Shown: positions 8,831-17,004 of the stretch, piece after piece | Numbering within the stretch: position 1 is the first letter of the stretch | Layout: every line of letters begins with the position of its first letter | Origin: a virus | Taxonomy: Duplodnaviria > Heunggongvirae > Uroviricota > Caudoviricetes | IMG/VR virus record: IMGVR_UViG_3300036801_000212 | Location: 1-64,000 of that record | Reading direction: 5' to 3' (one strand) | Length of the DNA: 64,000 nucleotides | Notes under the pieces: generated by a model | Told to the model about the DNA's origin: nothing | What the model saw: only the letters and a program-made list of their open reading frames with translations | Database searches by the model: none | Position numbers and translations under genes: made by a program

Positions 8831-9394
8831 TTGGCTCCAGCCCACCGTCGACAGTATCCGCTAGACAACTTCAACCGAGCATCGAATCGATCTTGGCTTG
8901 TGAAGATAGGCGCAGTGGGATGTGCCTTGGGGTGTTTGGTTGTTGTAGGCGAAAGACCGAGTTCAGTGGCGGTCGCTGCTCCCCAGCGGCTGTATCCAGC
9001 TCCCGTACTTCAGGTTCCCGCGCTCATCGTTCCGAGGTTGAAGGCTCCTCTCCTTCAAGACGTGGTTGACGTTCACCCGTTGAGTTCTGTAGATCATCTG
9101 CACGCCTTTTCCTGGCACGAAGCGATCCCTTCTACGATCGGACGGCATCGTTCTCACGCATCATCTGAGGGAGCTTTTTCTAGGGATTTTTCCCGGGGCG
9201 AAGATCATCACGAGGCGGACCGCGAGAGCCACGAAGGTGATCACCATGAAAGTCACCACGAGAGCCATCACGAGAGCCATGATCACGGTGGCCATCACGG
9301 TGGTGGTCACAGTGGTGGTCACGGAAGTCACGGTGGCCATAGCGGAGGTCACGGGGGTCACGGCGGCGGAGGTGGTCATGGCCACGGTCGATGA
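8831..9394 (+). CDS. secreted/membrane-anchored histidine-rich protein
   Basis: N-terminal hydrophobic segment IGAVGCALGCLVVVG; C-terminal HE/HG-rich tract (HHESHHESHHESHDHGGHHGGGHSGGHGSHGGHSGGHGGHGGGGGHGHG); TTG start after AGGAG. Confidence 0.55.
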   Translation: MAPAHRRQYPLDNFNRASNRSWLVKIGAVGCALGCLVVVGERPSSVAVAAPQRLYPAPVLQVPALIVPRLKAPLLQDVVDVHPLSSVDHLHAFSWHEAIPSTIGRHRSHASSEGAFSRDFSRGEDHHEADRESHEGDHHESHHESHHESHDHGGHHGGGHSGGHGSHGGHSGGHGGHGGGGGHGHGR

Positions 9395-9395
9395 G

Positions 9396-9737
9396 ATGAA
9401 CCCCGATTCCTGGTACGAACTCAAGCTCTGTGCCGGGTGCGGGAAGCGCATGGAGATCGGCGCAAGTAGAGGCCGGATCGAATCTAAACACAACTATAAC
9501 AACCGCAACTTCCACAATGCCATGTGCGAAACTCTGATCCGCGTGGAAGCTCCGATCAAGCATGGAACCGTCTGGGGATACGAACGCTGCCACGAACGTC
9601 CCGGCGGTGCCTGTAGTGAATGTCGGAGACGAAACTCTGACCGCGCCAGAAAACGTCTAGACAGAGTCACCACTCGAGCACTGCAAAGACTAGCTGAAGA
9701 GTATCCCGACAAATTCACGGAACTCTTGGAAACGTGA
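9396..9737 (+). CDS. Zn-finger protein, paralog of 9977..10414
   Basis: Shares CAGCG...IES...GT.GYERC..RP.GAC..CR pattern with gene downstream of WhiB. Confidence 0.5.
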   Translation: MNPDSWYELKLCAGCGKRMEIGASRGRIESKHNYNNRNFHNAMCETLIRVEAPIKHGTVWGYERCHERPGGACSECRRRNSDRARKRLDRVTTRALQRLAEEYPDKFTELLET

Positions 9738-9976
9738 CGCATGACTGGATGTCATCAGCGCCATGCGCGACAGTCGACCCGGAGCTGTTCTTTCCTGAGG
9801 AGGGTGACTACATCAAATCCCGGGCGGCGAGACGAATCTGCGGGGCCTGTCCCTACAAAGCGCCCTGTGTGCTGATGGCAATCCGGAACGACGTCAAGTT
9901 CGGCATTTTCGGGGGATTGAATCCTCCCGGCCGGAAACGACTTGCGCAGGAATTGAACCTCAAGGTGGAGGCGTAG
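9734..9976 (+). CDS. whiB: WhiB-family transcription factor (Fe-S cluster, 4 Cys)
   Basis: C-x24-CGAC-x5-C arrangement and GIFGG (G[VI]WGG-like) turn motif; basic C-terminus. Confidence 0.8.
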   Translation: MTHDWMSSAPCATVDPELFFPEEGDYIKSRAARRICGACPYKAPCVLMAIRNDVKFGIFGGLNPPGRKRLAQELNLKVEA

Positions 9977-10414
9977 GTGCAGACCTATCATCTTCACGAC
10001 TGCGCCGGCTGTGGCACTCGAATCCAGATCAGGGAAACCCAAAAAGGTATCGAGTCTCCCGCCGCCTACCGTCACCGTACATTCCACGGTTCCGAATGTC
10101 GCGAGCTGGCACACGTCTATCCGTCGGATGCGTCAACGAAATACCGACATGGCACTCCCGGTGGATACGAGAGATGTCGAAACCGACCGGAAGGTGCATG
10201 TCCGCTGTGTCGTGATGCCAACGCTTTCCACTTCAAGCTGGAGGTGTTGAAGCAGCTGGCGAAACTTCACCCCCATGACTATGCGGAAGTTATGAAGCAG
10301 TGTTTCACAAGAAGGGAATCGGATGGCGAACATCGAAAAGCTGGAAGCTGTACTCGACCACATCAAGATGCACCCGGAAAGTCACAACCAGGAAGTCTGG
10401 GCAGAGAAAACTGA
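9977..10414 (+). CDS. Zn-finger protein, paralog of 9396..9737 (3-prime end overlaps first family-A gene)
   Basis: Same Cys pattern as 9396..9737; GTG start directly after WhiB stop. Confidence 0.5.
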   Translation: MQTYHLHDCAGCGTRIQIRETQKGIESPAAYRHRTFHGSECRELAHVYPSDASTKYRHGTPGGYERCRNRPEGACPLCRDANAFHFKLEVLKQLAKLHPHDYAEVMKQCFTRRESDGEHRKAGSCTRPHQDAPGKSQPGSLGREN

Positions 10415-10709
10415 GTGTGGTACCGCCTACTGCATGGCCGGTTGGGCTGTGGCTCTAGCCGGTTACGAGTTTTGCTGGCGCAGCGACGGCACCACAAGCA
10501 GTGTGATAACTGAACGCACCGCGACTTCGACCCACTGTGAACTCATCGAGGAGATCGCGACAGCTGTTCTAGGTCTTGACTTCCGCGACGCCGATGACCT
10601 TTTTCATTCACTCAACACCGTCGATGACCTGGAACTCATGGTGAAGAATCTCTCGAACGGAGAGCCGATCCGTGATGGCGTTCCGATGCGCATTGAAAAG
10701 GGTCTCTGA
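10323..10709 (+). CDS. tandem paralog family A, copy 1 (uncharacterised ~120-aa protein)
   Basis: Consensus N-term MAN[IVL]EK[LC]E.VL..I+.HPE.H[DN]Q..W......CGT..C.AGW and C-term DDLE[LR].VK[ND]I[SA]N shared by six consecutive genes. Confidence 0.6.
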   Translation: MANIEKLEAVLDHIKMHPESHNQEVWAEKTECGTAYCMAGWAVALAGYEFCWRSDGTTSSVITERTATSTHCELIEEIATAVLGLDFRDADDLFHSLNTVDDLELMVKNLSNGEPIRDGVPMRIEKGL

Positions 10710-11083
10710 TGGCGAACATCGAAAAGCTCGAGGCCGTCCTGGGTCAGATCAAGGCTCACCCGGAGCAGCACAATCAGCGGGAATGGGCGGAACGCAATGA
10801 GTGTGGGACTTCATATTGTCTCGCTGGCTGGGCAGTCGTTCTCGAAGGCCACGAAATCCTGTGGGACGAGGTCGCTGAAGGAGTCTACTGTGCCCTCGAC
10901 GAGAACGGAAATATTGACAGCATCAAGAGACTCGCTGGTCGCATTCTCGACTTGTCCCCGTATCAGCGAGCGCAGATATTTTACCGTTACAACACTGTCG
11001 ACGACATCGAACTGATGACGAAGAATCTCGCAAATGGAAATCCCATCCACGCTGACATTCCGGGGCGTAGGTTTACTTTCTGA
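10709..11083 (+). CDS. tandem paralog family A, copy 2
   Basis: Same consensus; TGATGG stop-start overlap with copy 1. Confidence 0.6.
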   Translation: MANIEKLEAVLGQIKAHPEQHNQREWAERNECGTSYCLAGWAVVLEGHEILWDEVAEGVYCALDENGNIDSIKRLAGRILDLSPYQRAQIFYRYNTVDDIELMTKNLANGNPIHADIPGRRFTF

Positions 11084-11463
11084 TGGCCAACGTCGAAAAG
11101 TGTGAAGAAGTCCTCCAGTTCATCAAGGACCACCCCGAGAAGCACGACCAGAGAACGTGGGGCTACAAGAGCGACTGCGGCACGACTGCATGTTTTGCCG
11201 GCTGGACTGCCGTTCTGAACGGATACGAGTTCTATTTCGGTAGGATGGTATTCGAAAGGTATTATTCCGGGGTGAAGTCATTGAAAACCGGTGTGCATAG
11301 TTCCACCTCCACCGCTGCAGCGGTGGTTCTCGAACTCACCTGCGACGAAGCAATGATGCTCTTCGATGGCGGCAACACCTTCGAAGAGCTTGAGCAGATG
11401 GTCAAAAACATCTCAAACGGTGACCCGATCGAACGCAACACCCGCCACGACGAGGAAGACTGA
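11083..11463 (+). CDS. tandem paralog family A, copy 3
   Basis: Same consensus (MANVEKCEEVLQFIKDHPEKHDQRTW...CGTTACFAGW). Confidence 0.6.
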   Translation: MANVEKCEEVLQFIKDHPEKHDQRTWGYKSDCGTTACFAGWTAVLNGYEFYFGRMVFERYYSGVKSLKTGVHSSTSTAAAVVLELTCDEAMMLFDGGNTFEELEQMVKNISNGDPIERNTRHDEED

Positions 11464-11801
11464 TGGCTAATCTAGCGAAGATCGAAGCTGTCCTGGATTA
11501 CATTCGCACCCATCCCGAGGAGCACGACCAGAACACTTTCGCCTACCGGAATGCTTGTGGCACCCAAATGTGCTTCGCGGGGACAGCTGTTCATCTTTCT
11601 GACCAGTACAAGATCGTGTGGAGTGGTCGGGAATCCGCGGGGTGTGTCGACGCGAACGGGAATCTTGAGTCCATGCCGGACGCTGCTACAGAGATTCTCG
11701 GTCTGACCGATCAGCAGTCTTTCCAGCTTTTCCACGTCGCGCGGAACCTCGACGACCTTGAGCGCGTGGTCAAAGACATCACCAACGAGCAGGTGGCGTG
11801 A
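11463..11801 (+). CDS. tandem paralog family A, copy 4
   Basis: Same consensus (MANLAKIEAVLDYIRTHPEEHDQ...CGTQMCFAG). Confidence 0.6.
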   Translation: MANLAKIEAVLDYIRTHPEEHDQNTFAYRNACGTQMCFAGTAVHLSDQYKIVWSGRESAGCVDANGNLESMPDAATEILGLTDQQSFQLFHVARNLDDLERVVKDITNEQVA

Positions 11802-12145
11802 TGGCCAATGTCGATCTTCTTTACAAAGTTCTGGATCACATCCGTGAAAATCAAGACCAGCACGATCAGTCCAGCTGGGCGCGGAAGACGGACTGTGGAT
11901 CTAGTTTCTGCTTCGCCGGCTGGACGGTACAGCTCAGTGACTACGAGATTGTCTGGAATCAGCGGTTTCAGCAGGAGGGAGCTGACTTCTGCACCGCCCC
12001 GGGTGGTGACTACTTTTACAGCATTGAGCACGTGGCCCAGTCGCTCCTTGGGCTCGACATCCTGCAGAAGCAAGCACTGTTCTTCACTTCACAGACCTTC
12101 GATGATGTCGAGTCTGTAGTCAAGGACATAGCGAATGAGGCCTGA
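11798..12145 (+). CDS. tandem paralog family A, copy 5
   Basis: Same consensus (MMANVDLLYKVLDHIRENQDQHDQ...CGSSFCFAGW). Confidence 0.6.
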   Translation: MMANVDLLYKVLDHIRENQDQHDQSSWARKTDCGSSFCFAGWTVQLSDYEIVWNQRFQQEGADFCTAPGGDYFYSIEHVAQSLLGLDILQKQALFFTSQTFDDVESVVKDIANEA

Positions 12146-12501
12146 TGGCTGACGTTGCGAAGTTGGAAGCGGTGTTGGACTACATCCGGATGCACCCGGA
12201 GGAGCATGACCAGGGCGATTGGGCGCGACGCACCGACTGTGGCACTACTTTGTGCTTCGCCGGGACTGCCGTAGTTCTGGCTGGGTACCAGCTCGACTGG
12301 ACTAACCACTCCGACAGGACGGGACGCTGTGTGACTTCAGCGGGTGACCCGCTCTCTTTGGCGGGGACAGCTTCTATCTCTGCCGTCGCCGCGCGGGAGC
12401 TGTGCTTGGCCCCTGAGCAGGTCGAAGCCCTCTTTTGGGCCGCTGACAGCCTCGATGACTTGGAACGTATAGTCAAAGACATCGCTAACGAGGCTGCCTA
12501 A
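12145..12501 (+). CDS. tandem paralog family A, copy 6
   Basis: Same consensus (MADVAKLEAVLDYIRMHPEEHDQ...CGTTLCFAG). Confidence 0.6.
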   Translation: MADVAKLEAVLDYIRMHPEEHDQGDWARRTDCGTTLCFAGTAVVLAGYQLDWTNHSDRTGRCVTSAGDPLSLAGTASISAVAARELCLAPEQVEALFWAADSLDDLERIVKDIANEAA

Positions 12502-12504
12502 CCG

Positions 12505-12657
12505 TGGCTCAGGATTGTCCGGTCTGCCGAGGTGGCTCTCTCCACTGGGTTAGCAGCGGCACCGACGTTTCCGATTGTCCCCATTGTGTATTGGGTATGC
12601 CAGTTGTTTATCTACGGTGGTATGAAGACGAGGAAGTGAATGGTCCAGCAAGCGCCT
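12505..12657 (+). CDS. possible small Zn-ribbon protein (CPVC...CPHC)
   Basis: GTG-initiated 50-codon ORF not in track; overlaps start of exonuclease gene by 18 nt. Confidence 0.25.
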
Positions 12658-13455
12658 AAGCGTTCAAAAGGGTGGTACGAATTACCTTCGGGGGAGAAGC
12701 TTCTCTCGGTCACGACAATAAAATCTCTTGGCATTCCCCTTGATTTGACTGGGTGGGCTGGCTGGGAAGCTGGCTGGTGCGCGATGGAAAGCCTTCCGAG
12801 GCTTGTTCGCACCCGGGGATACACGCCGCGGCGGAAGATGGCGTACTGGCTGGGCCAGGCCTCGGAGAGGAAGAAGTCCGAGGCTGGTGCATTAGGCTCC
12901 TCTATCCACAAAAAGATCGAAGCCTTCATCCTGGGGAAACCGGTCGCGGAGCCGACCGAAGAAGAGGCTCCTTTCGTGGCCGCTTTTCACAAATTCATGG
13001 AAATTGAACAACCCGCCTTTGAAGCCGTGGAACTGGTGGTAGCAAACCCTGAGGATGGTTGGGCTGGGACCGCGGATGCTTTCTTGACTTTGCCGAATAT
13101 CGGACCAGCATTACTGCTCGGGGACCACAAAACCGGGAACTCGATCCACTCCGAGTTTGCATTGCAGCTGTCGGCCTATAGGCGAGCGACGGTCGGTTGG
13201 CTGAGCGACGGGACCCAGGTCGAACCCCCGAAGACTGACGGTGCCGTGGCGATCCATTTCCGGCCCGAGAAATATCCGGACACCGGGTACCGCATCTATC
13301 CGCTGGACACATCCGATGCTGTCTACGACTGTTTTTTGACGGCGAGGAAGACCGCCTTGGAATGGGCACTTGGATTGGAGAAGACGGCGGTAGGCGAACC
13401 CTATGAGCCGGGTCAACCAGTGCTGGATGCAGAAGTTGTTGAGGAGGTGGCGTAG
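12640..13455 (+). CDS. Cas4-family PD-(D/E)xK exonuclease (RecB-like nuclease domain)
   Basis: GWYELPSG...SVTT N-terminus typical of phage Cas4-like exonucleases; catalytic-type motifs GTADAF, LGDHKTG (D/ExK), QLSAYR. Confidence 0.75.
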   Translation: MVQQAPKRSKGWYELPSGEKLLSVTTIKSLGIPLDLTGWAGWEAGWCAMESLPRLVRTRGYTPRRKMAYWLGQASERKKSEAGALGSSIHKKIEAFILGKPVAEPTEEEAPFVAAFHKFMEIEQPAFEAVELVVANPEDGWAGTADAFLTLPNIGPALLLGDHKTGNSIHSEFALQLSAYRRATVGWLSDGTQVEPPKTDGAVAIHFRPEKYPDTGYRIYPLDTSDAVYDCFLTARKTALEWALGLEKTAVGEPYEPGQPVLDAEVVEEVA

Positions 13456-14604
13456 GTGGCCGGTCGTATCTTAAGCATGCAGGCCCAGCTAAAAGAGCTG
13501 GGGCGACTACGCAGCGGTCTGTACGACGTCTCGGGGCGTAAGGGGCGCCCGGCGAGGTCGGAGACGTGGATTCTCACTTCCCATGCTCAACACTACGTCC
13601 AGGCCGCGGCTGATGCGTGGGGTGGGAGCGTAGAGAAGTGGCAGCCACAAGGTGGTGGCGCTGCGCAGTGGCGGGTTATAACTGAGCAGATCACACTGGA
13701 TGCGATTCTGCCGCCCGGCGACCCTCTCTCGCAAGCGCTCGAGCTTTGGTCCGGGGGGGGATGCAAACGGCGCTGCACGGGTGTGACGGAGATGCTGTCC
13801 GACTCGCCATGCATCTGCCAGTCGAAGTTCGGTGCTCAATTCCATGAGCAGCCGGCGGGGACTGTGTGCTCGGCCACGACACGTCTGAATGTTCTCCTGC
13901 CGGACATGCCAGACATTGGTCAGTGGATTCTCGTCACTCATTCGTGGTATGCCGCGATGGAGATCGCCGGGGCTGTAGACCTCATCAAGGCCGCGGTGGG
14001 ACATGAGGCGACGATCCCAATTCGTCTGAGAATTGAACAGCGGCAACGCAAGTCCGACGGTCAGACCAAAAAGTTCCAGGTGATCGTGGTTGAGTCGAGG
14101 GGTCTCAACACCGGTGATCTGCTGAATGGTTCCGTGGTCAAGGCGATTGAAGCTGCCGCCAAGCCGGCCATCACGGCTCCGGAACCCAAGGTCCAGATCG
14201 ACATCGACTCTCTTCATGACGCTCTCTTCGCGGTCGAATCTCTGGAGGATTGGTCGGAAGTCTGGCCGATGATCAAAGAAGCTGGGGACGCAGAACTCAC
14301 AGAGGAGGCCGAAACGATCGCCAAGGACTTTCTCGAGCGAACTACCTCAGTGGATGAGTTGAAGAGTCTCTGGAAGTTCGCGGTAACGCAGAAGTTGAAG
14401 GATGCCGCCACATCTCATGCCGGGACGTTGAAGGCTAAAAAGTCCGACGAGTCTCCGAATCAAGTGTGGTCGAAGATCATGGAGACAGTTCCGGAATCGT
14501 GGCCAACGTCGAAGGTGGAACAGGAGTTCGAAAGGTTCGCTAAGACGACAGTGCAGGAGGCCACCCGTCCGCAGATGGAGGCTTATCTGGAGACTCTCGC
14601 ATGA
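13456..14604 (+). CDS. hypothetical protein with 4-Cys cluster and acidic helical C-terminal half; possible recombination partner of the exonuclease
   Basis: GTG start immediately after exonuclease stop; CKRRC...CIC...C cluster; position suggests recombination function but no family assignable. Confidence 0.5.
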   Translation: MAGRILSMQAQLKELGRLRSGLYDVSGRKGRPARSETWILTSHAQHYVQAAADAWGGSVEKWQPQGGGAAQWRVITEQITLDAILPPGDPLSQALELWSGGGCKRRCTGVTEMLSDSPCICQSKFGAQFHEQPAGTVCSATTRLNVLLPDMPDIGQWILVTHSWYAAMEIAGAVDLIKAAVGHEATIPIRLRIEQRQRKSDGQTKKFQVIVVESRGLNTGDLLNGSVVKAIEAAAKPAITAPEPKVQIDIDSLHDALFAVESLEDWSEVWPMIKEAGDAELTEEAETIAKDFLERTTSVDELKSLWKFAVTQKLKDAATSHAGTLKAKKSDESPNQVWSKIMETVPESWPTSKVEQEFERFAKTTVQEATRPQMEAYLETLA

Positions 14605-14969
14605 GTGCGGCGCTTCTACATTTGGGGAAGGTCTCTCGAGCCTACGAGGCCAAGGCGGACGAGTACATCACGGCCTGTGGTGATGCCGCGATGGCGAAGG
14701 CGGCGTTCACCAAAGCTAAGGCTGTATTCAAGGTGGAGGCCAGGTTCAATAGCGACAAGGTCAGCGATGTGGAGCTCGAAAGCAGAGCTCACGCCGATGA
14801 CAGAATCTCCTCTCTGTACGAGGACATGCTCCTCAAGGAATCGACCGAAAAGTCGATGTATGAGAAGCTTCGCCAGCTTCGTGAGCAGCAGGCCAATGGC
14901 AGAACCAGTGTTGTGGAGAGTAGAGCTATTGATCAACTGCACGCACAGGGCTTGACTGGTGCGGCGTAG
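14601..14969 (+). CDS. hypothetical alpha-helical protein
   Basis: ATGA overlap; ORF. Confidence 0.45.
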   Translation: MSAALLHLGKVSRAYEAKADEYITACGDAAMAKAAFTKAKAVFKVEARFNSDKVSDVELESRAHADDRISSLYEDMLLKESTEKSMYEKLRQLREQQANGRTSVVESRAIDQLHAQGLTGAA

Positions 14970-15305
14970 TTGAATGAACGTCTCGCTCGGGAGATCGTCG
15001 CGGAAAGGGCGGACGGAATTTGCGAGCGCTGCCGAGGTGCAAGACAATCGAATTGTCACCATCGTAAGCCGCGGTCGCAGGGAGGGTTGTGGACGCCGTC
15101 CAATTTACTAGCGCTTTGTGGAAGTGGCACTACCGGATGTCACGGTGAGGTGGAGTCGCGGCGCACGGTGAGTTACGAACAGGGCTGGCTAGTTCGCCGA
15201 AATCACATCCCAGCCGATGTCCCGGTTTGGATGTTCGGATGGGGTTTCGTTCTACTCGATGACAGTGGCCAAATCATAAGATTGGATGACGATGACGTTT
15301 ACTAG
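14970..15305 (+). CDS. HNH endonuclease
   Basis: CERC...CHHRKPRSQGG...N...ALC..C H arrangement (HNH beta-beta-alpha metal finger). Confidence 0.7.
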   Translation: MNERLAREIVAERADGICERCRGARQSNCHHRKPRSQGGLWTPSNLLALCGSGTTGCHGEVESRRTVSYEQGWLVRRNHIPADVPVWMFGWGFVLLDDSGQIIRLDDDDVY

Positions 15306-15630
15306 ATACGCCCCACCACAGCAGGTAAGGATGGCCCTAGAGCCATACATAGCAAAGCTGAGTTCGTTCACCACCGCGGATGAGATCAGATCTTTCCTTC
15401 AAGACGAAGGTGTGAAAGGTAAGTGTAAGGCAGTAAGTGAATGCGCATTAGCCGAGTATATTCTCAGGGAGAGTGGGTATTCGGTTCACGTTGGCAAGTA
15501 CCAGATCGACAGTGTCCTTCCGATCAACGACAGAATGCCGTTTGGGAGACTGTGCAAAACGACGAATGCTATGCATGACTTTATCCGCATGTTCGATTAC
15601 GGTTTCTACCCGGAGTTGATGAAGAAGTGA
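15286..15630 (+). CDS. amplified family B, copy 1 (uncharacterised ~100-120-aa protein)
   Basis: Family consensus ..[LV]EPYI.KL..F.T.[ED]EIR.FL..EG[IV]KA.......CA[IL]AEY[IV].RE.G..V.V ... FI..FD.G[FY]YPEL. Confidence 0.55.
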   Translation: MTMTFTRYAPPQQVRMALEPYIAKLSSFTTADEIRSFLQDEGVKGKCKAVSECALAEYILRESGYSVHVGKYQIDSVLPINDRMPFGRLCKTTNAMHDFIRMFDYGFYPELMKK

Positions 15631-15942
15631 ACCTCGAAGATATGCGTCTGGCCGTGGAACCCCTATATAGGTAAGCTCGCGGGATTCAGTTCCGCGCAAG
15701 AAGTGAGAGAGTTCCTCGCCGGCGAAGGGGTGAAGGCGACACCGAAACAAGCCGACAGCTGCGCCATCGCTCACTATCTACACCGTGAGACTGAGCAGAT
15801 CGTCTCTGTTCACCATAATGGCGTCATGGTCTGGGAAAAGGCGCTCATGTTCAACGGCACGGAGGTTGCACAGCACACCGAGGCCACGCTCGACTTCATC
15901 AACCACTTCGACCAGGGCGACTACCCGGAGCTGGTTGCGTGA
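15627..15942 (+). pseudogene. amplified family B, copy 2, disrupted by +1 frameshift in a CCCC run (15660-15663)
   Basis: GTG 15627 reads VNLEDMRLAVEPLYR then stop; shifting one base restores EPYIGKLAGFSSAQEVREFLAGEGVKAT... through FDQGDYPELVA. Confidence 0.5.
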
Positions 15943-16241
15943 TGGAAATCGAAGAGCTGAAGCTGACGGTCGAACCTTACCTCAATAAACTTGCCGGATT
16001 CGATTCCCCAGATGAGATCGCAACGTTCCTCGCCGGCGAAGAAATCCAAGCCATCCCCGGGAAGGCCAAGTACTGTGCTATTGCGGAGTACTTCCATCGC
16101 GAAACCGGCCAAGAGTTTGACGTGAGCTACGACACCCTAAGGACCCTGGGATATGTGGGACTCGGTGAACACACGGATGCCATGCGTGCGTTTATTGAGC
16201 GATTCGACAACGGGTTCTATCCGGAGCTGGAGGCGAAGTAA
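15939..16241 (+). CDS. amplified family B, copy 3
   Basis: MMEIEELKLTVEPYLNKLAGFDSPDEIATFLAGEEIQA...CAIAEYFHRETGQ...FIERFDNGFYPELEAK. Confidence 0.55.
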   Translation: MMEIEELKLTVEPYLNKLAGFDSPDEIATFLAGEEIQAIPGKAKYCAIAEYFHRETGQEFDVSYDTLRTLGYVGLGEHTDAMRAFIERFDNGFYPELEAK

Positions 16242-16654
16242 TGGAGTACATCGACCCGGAGAAGCTGGCGGGGATTAGGCTGGATCACGGTGCGCATTCC
16301 ACTCGGGAAATGGGACTCTGCTTAATGGAGGCGGTTTCTTTTCTGGCTGGTGAGATGCATTCTGACCATCCGGAGTGCGTTTCCCGTATTCTCACGAGTT
16401 TTGGCATCTCGATCAACGACAGATGCACGAACGACCTGCGTCAGCAGCTTATCCCGCTCATCCCATCTTTGATTGGAACTCGGGGTGACGGCCTCGACGA
16501 AGAGCGACGCGAGATGGTAATTAACTCGTCAGTCGTGCAGGACACCTCCCCCTGTGGCACCCCTTTCACGAGCAGACTCCGGGGTCGCTTCGAAGAGGTA
16601 CTCCAGTTCTACACCGATCTCATCAAAGTCCCCGAGGCGAAGCGATGCAACTAA
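16241..16654 (+). CDS. family C, copy 1 (uncharacterised; paralog of N-terminal domain of 33463..34290)
   Basis: Shares GAHS..EMGLCLME.....AGE.HSD.P.CVS..L..FG.S.ND....DLRQ.L..LIPSL.GT..DG.DERR with 33463 gene. Confidence 0.5.
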   Translation: MEYIDPEKLAGIRLDHGAHSTREMGLCLMEAVSFLAGEMHSDHPECVSRILTSFGISINDRCTNDLRQQLIPLIPSLIGTRGDGLDEERREMVINSSVVQDTSPCGTPFTSRLRGRFEEVLQFYTDLIKVPEAKRCN

Positions 16655-17004
16655 ACGAAATCCGCACCATTGTTGAACCCTACATCGGGAAGTTGTCCGC
16701 TTTTCAAACCGCTGAAGATATTCGAGAGTTCCTCAAGGGGGAAGAGATTCTCGCCGAGGAGAGAAGGCCTATGCATTGCGCGATTGCGCAGTACATTCAC
16801 AAGGAAACCGGACAGGTGGTCCGCGTGGGACGGCGAGAAACTAAAGCAGCTTGTGAAGACGGAACTGAGCCGCTTATCTATTTCCCGACAGATAGCGACT
16901 TTCCGAAGATTGTGAAATTCGCGGAGGTTGGGAAACACACTTCGGCGATGACCACTTTTATCGACAACTTCGACGACGGATATTACCCGGAGCTGGTGAA
17001 ATAA
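16645..17004 (+). CDS. amplified family B, copy 4
   Basis: MQLNEIRTIVEPYIGKLSAFQTAEDIREFLKGEEI...CAIAQYIHKETGQ...FIDNFDDGYYPELVK. Confidence 0.55.
   Translation: MQLNEIRTIVEPYIGKLSAFQTAEDIREFLKGEEILAEERRPMHCAIAQYIHKETGQVVRVGRRETKAACEDGTEPLIYFPTDSDFPKIVKFAEVGKHTSAMTTFIDNFDDGYYPELVK

Noticed and set aside
9161-9593. Minus-strand ORFs (9161..9493, 9180..9593) opposite the His-rich tract
   Set aside because: Complementary reading of the GGTCAC/GTGACC-rich repeat DNA. The plus-strand gene has a signal peptide and coherent domain order.
13507-14217. 236-aa minus-strand ORF antisense to 13456..14604, plus 13593..13882 minus ORFs
   Set aside because: Antisense shadows within a high-GC plus-strand gene that is translationally coupled to its neighbours.
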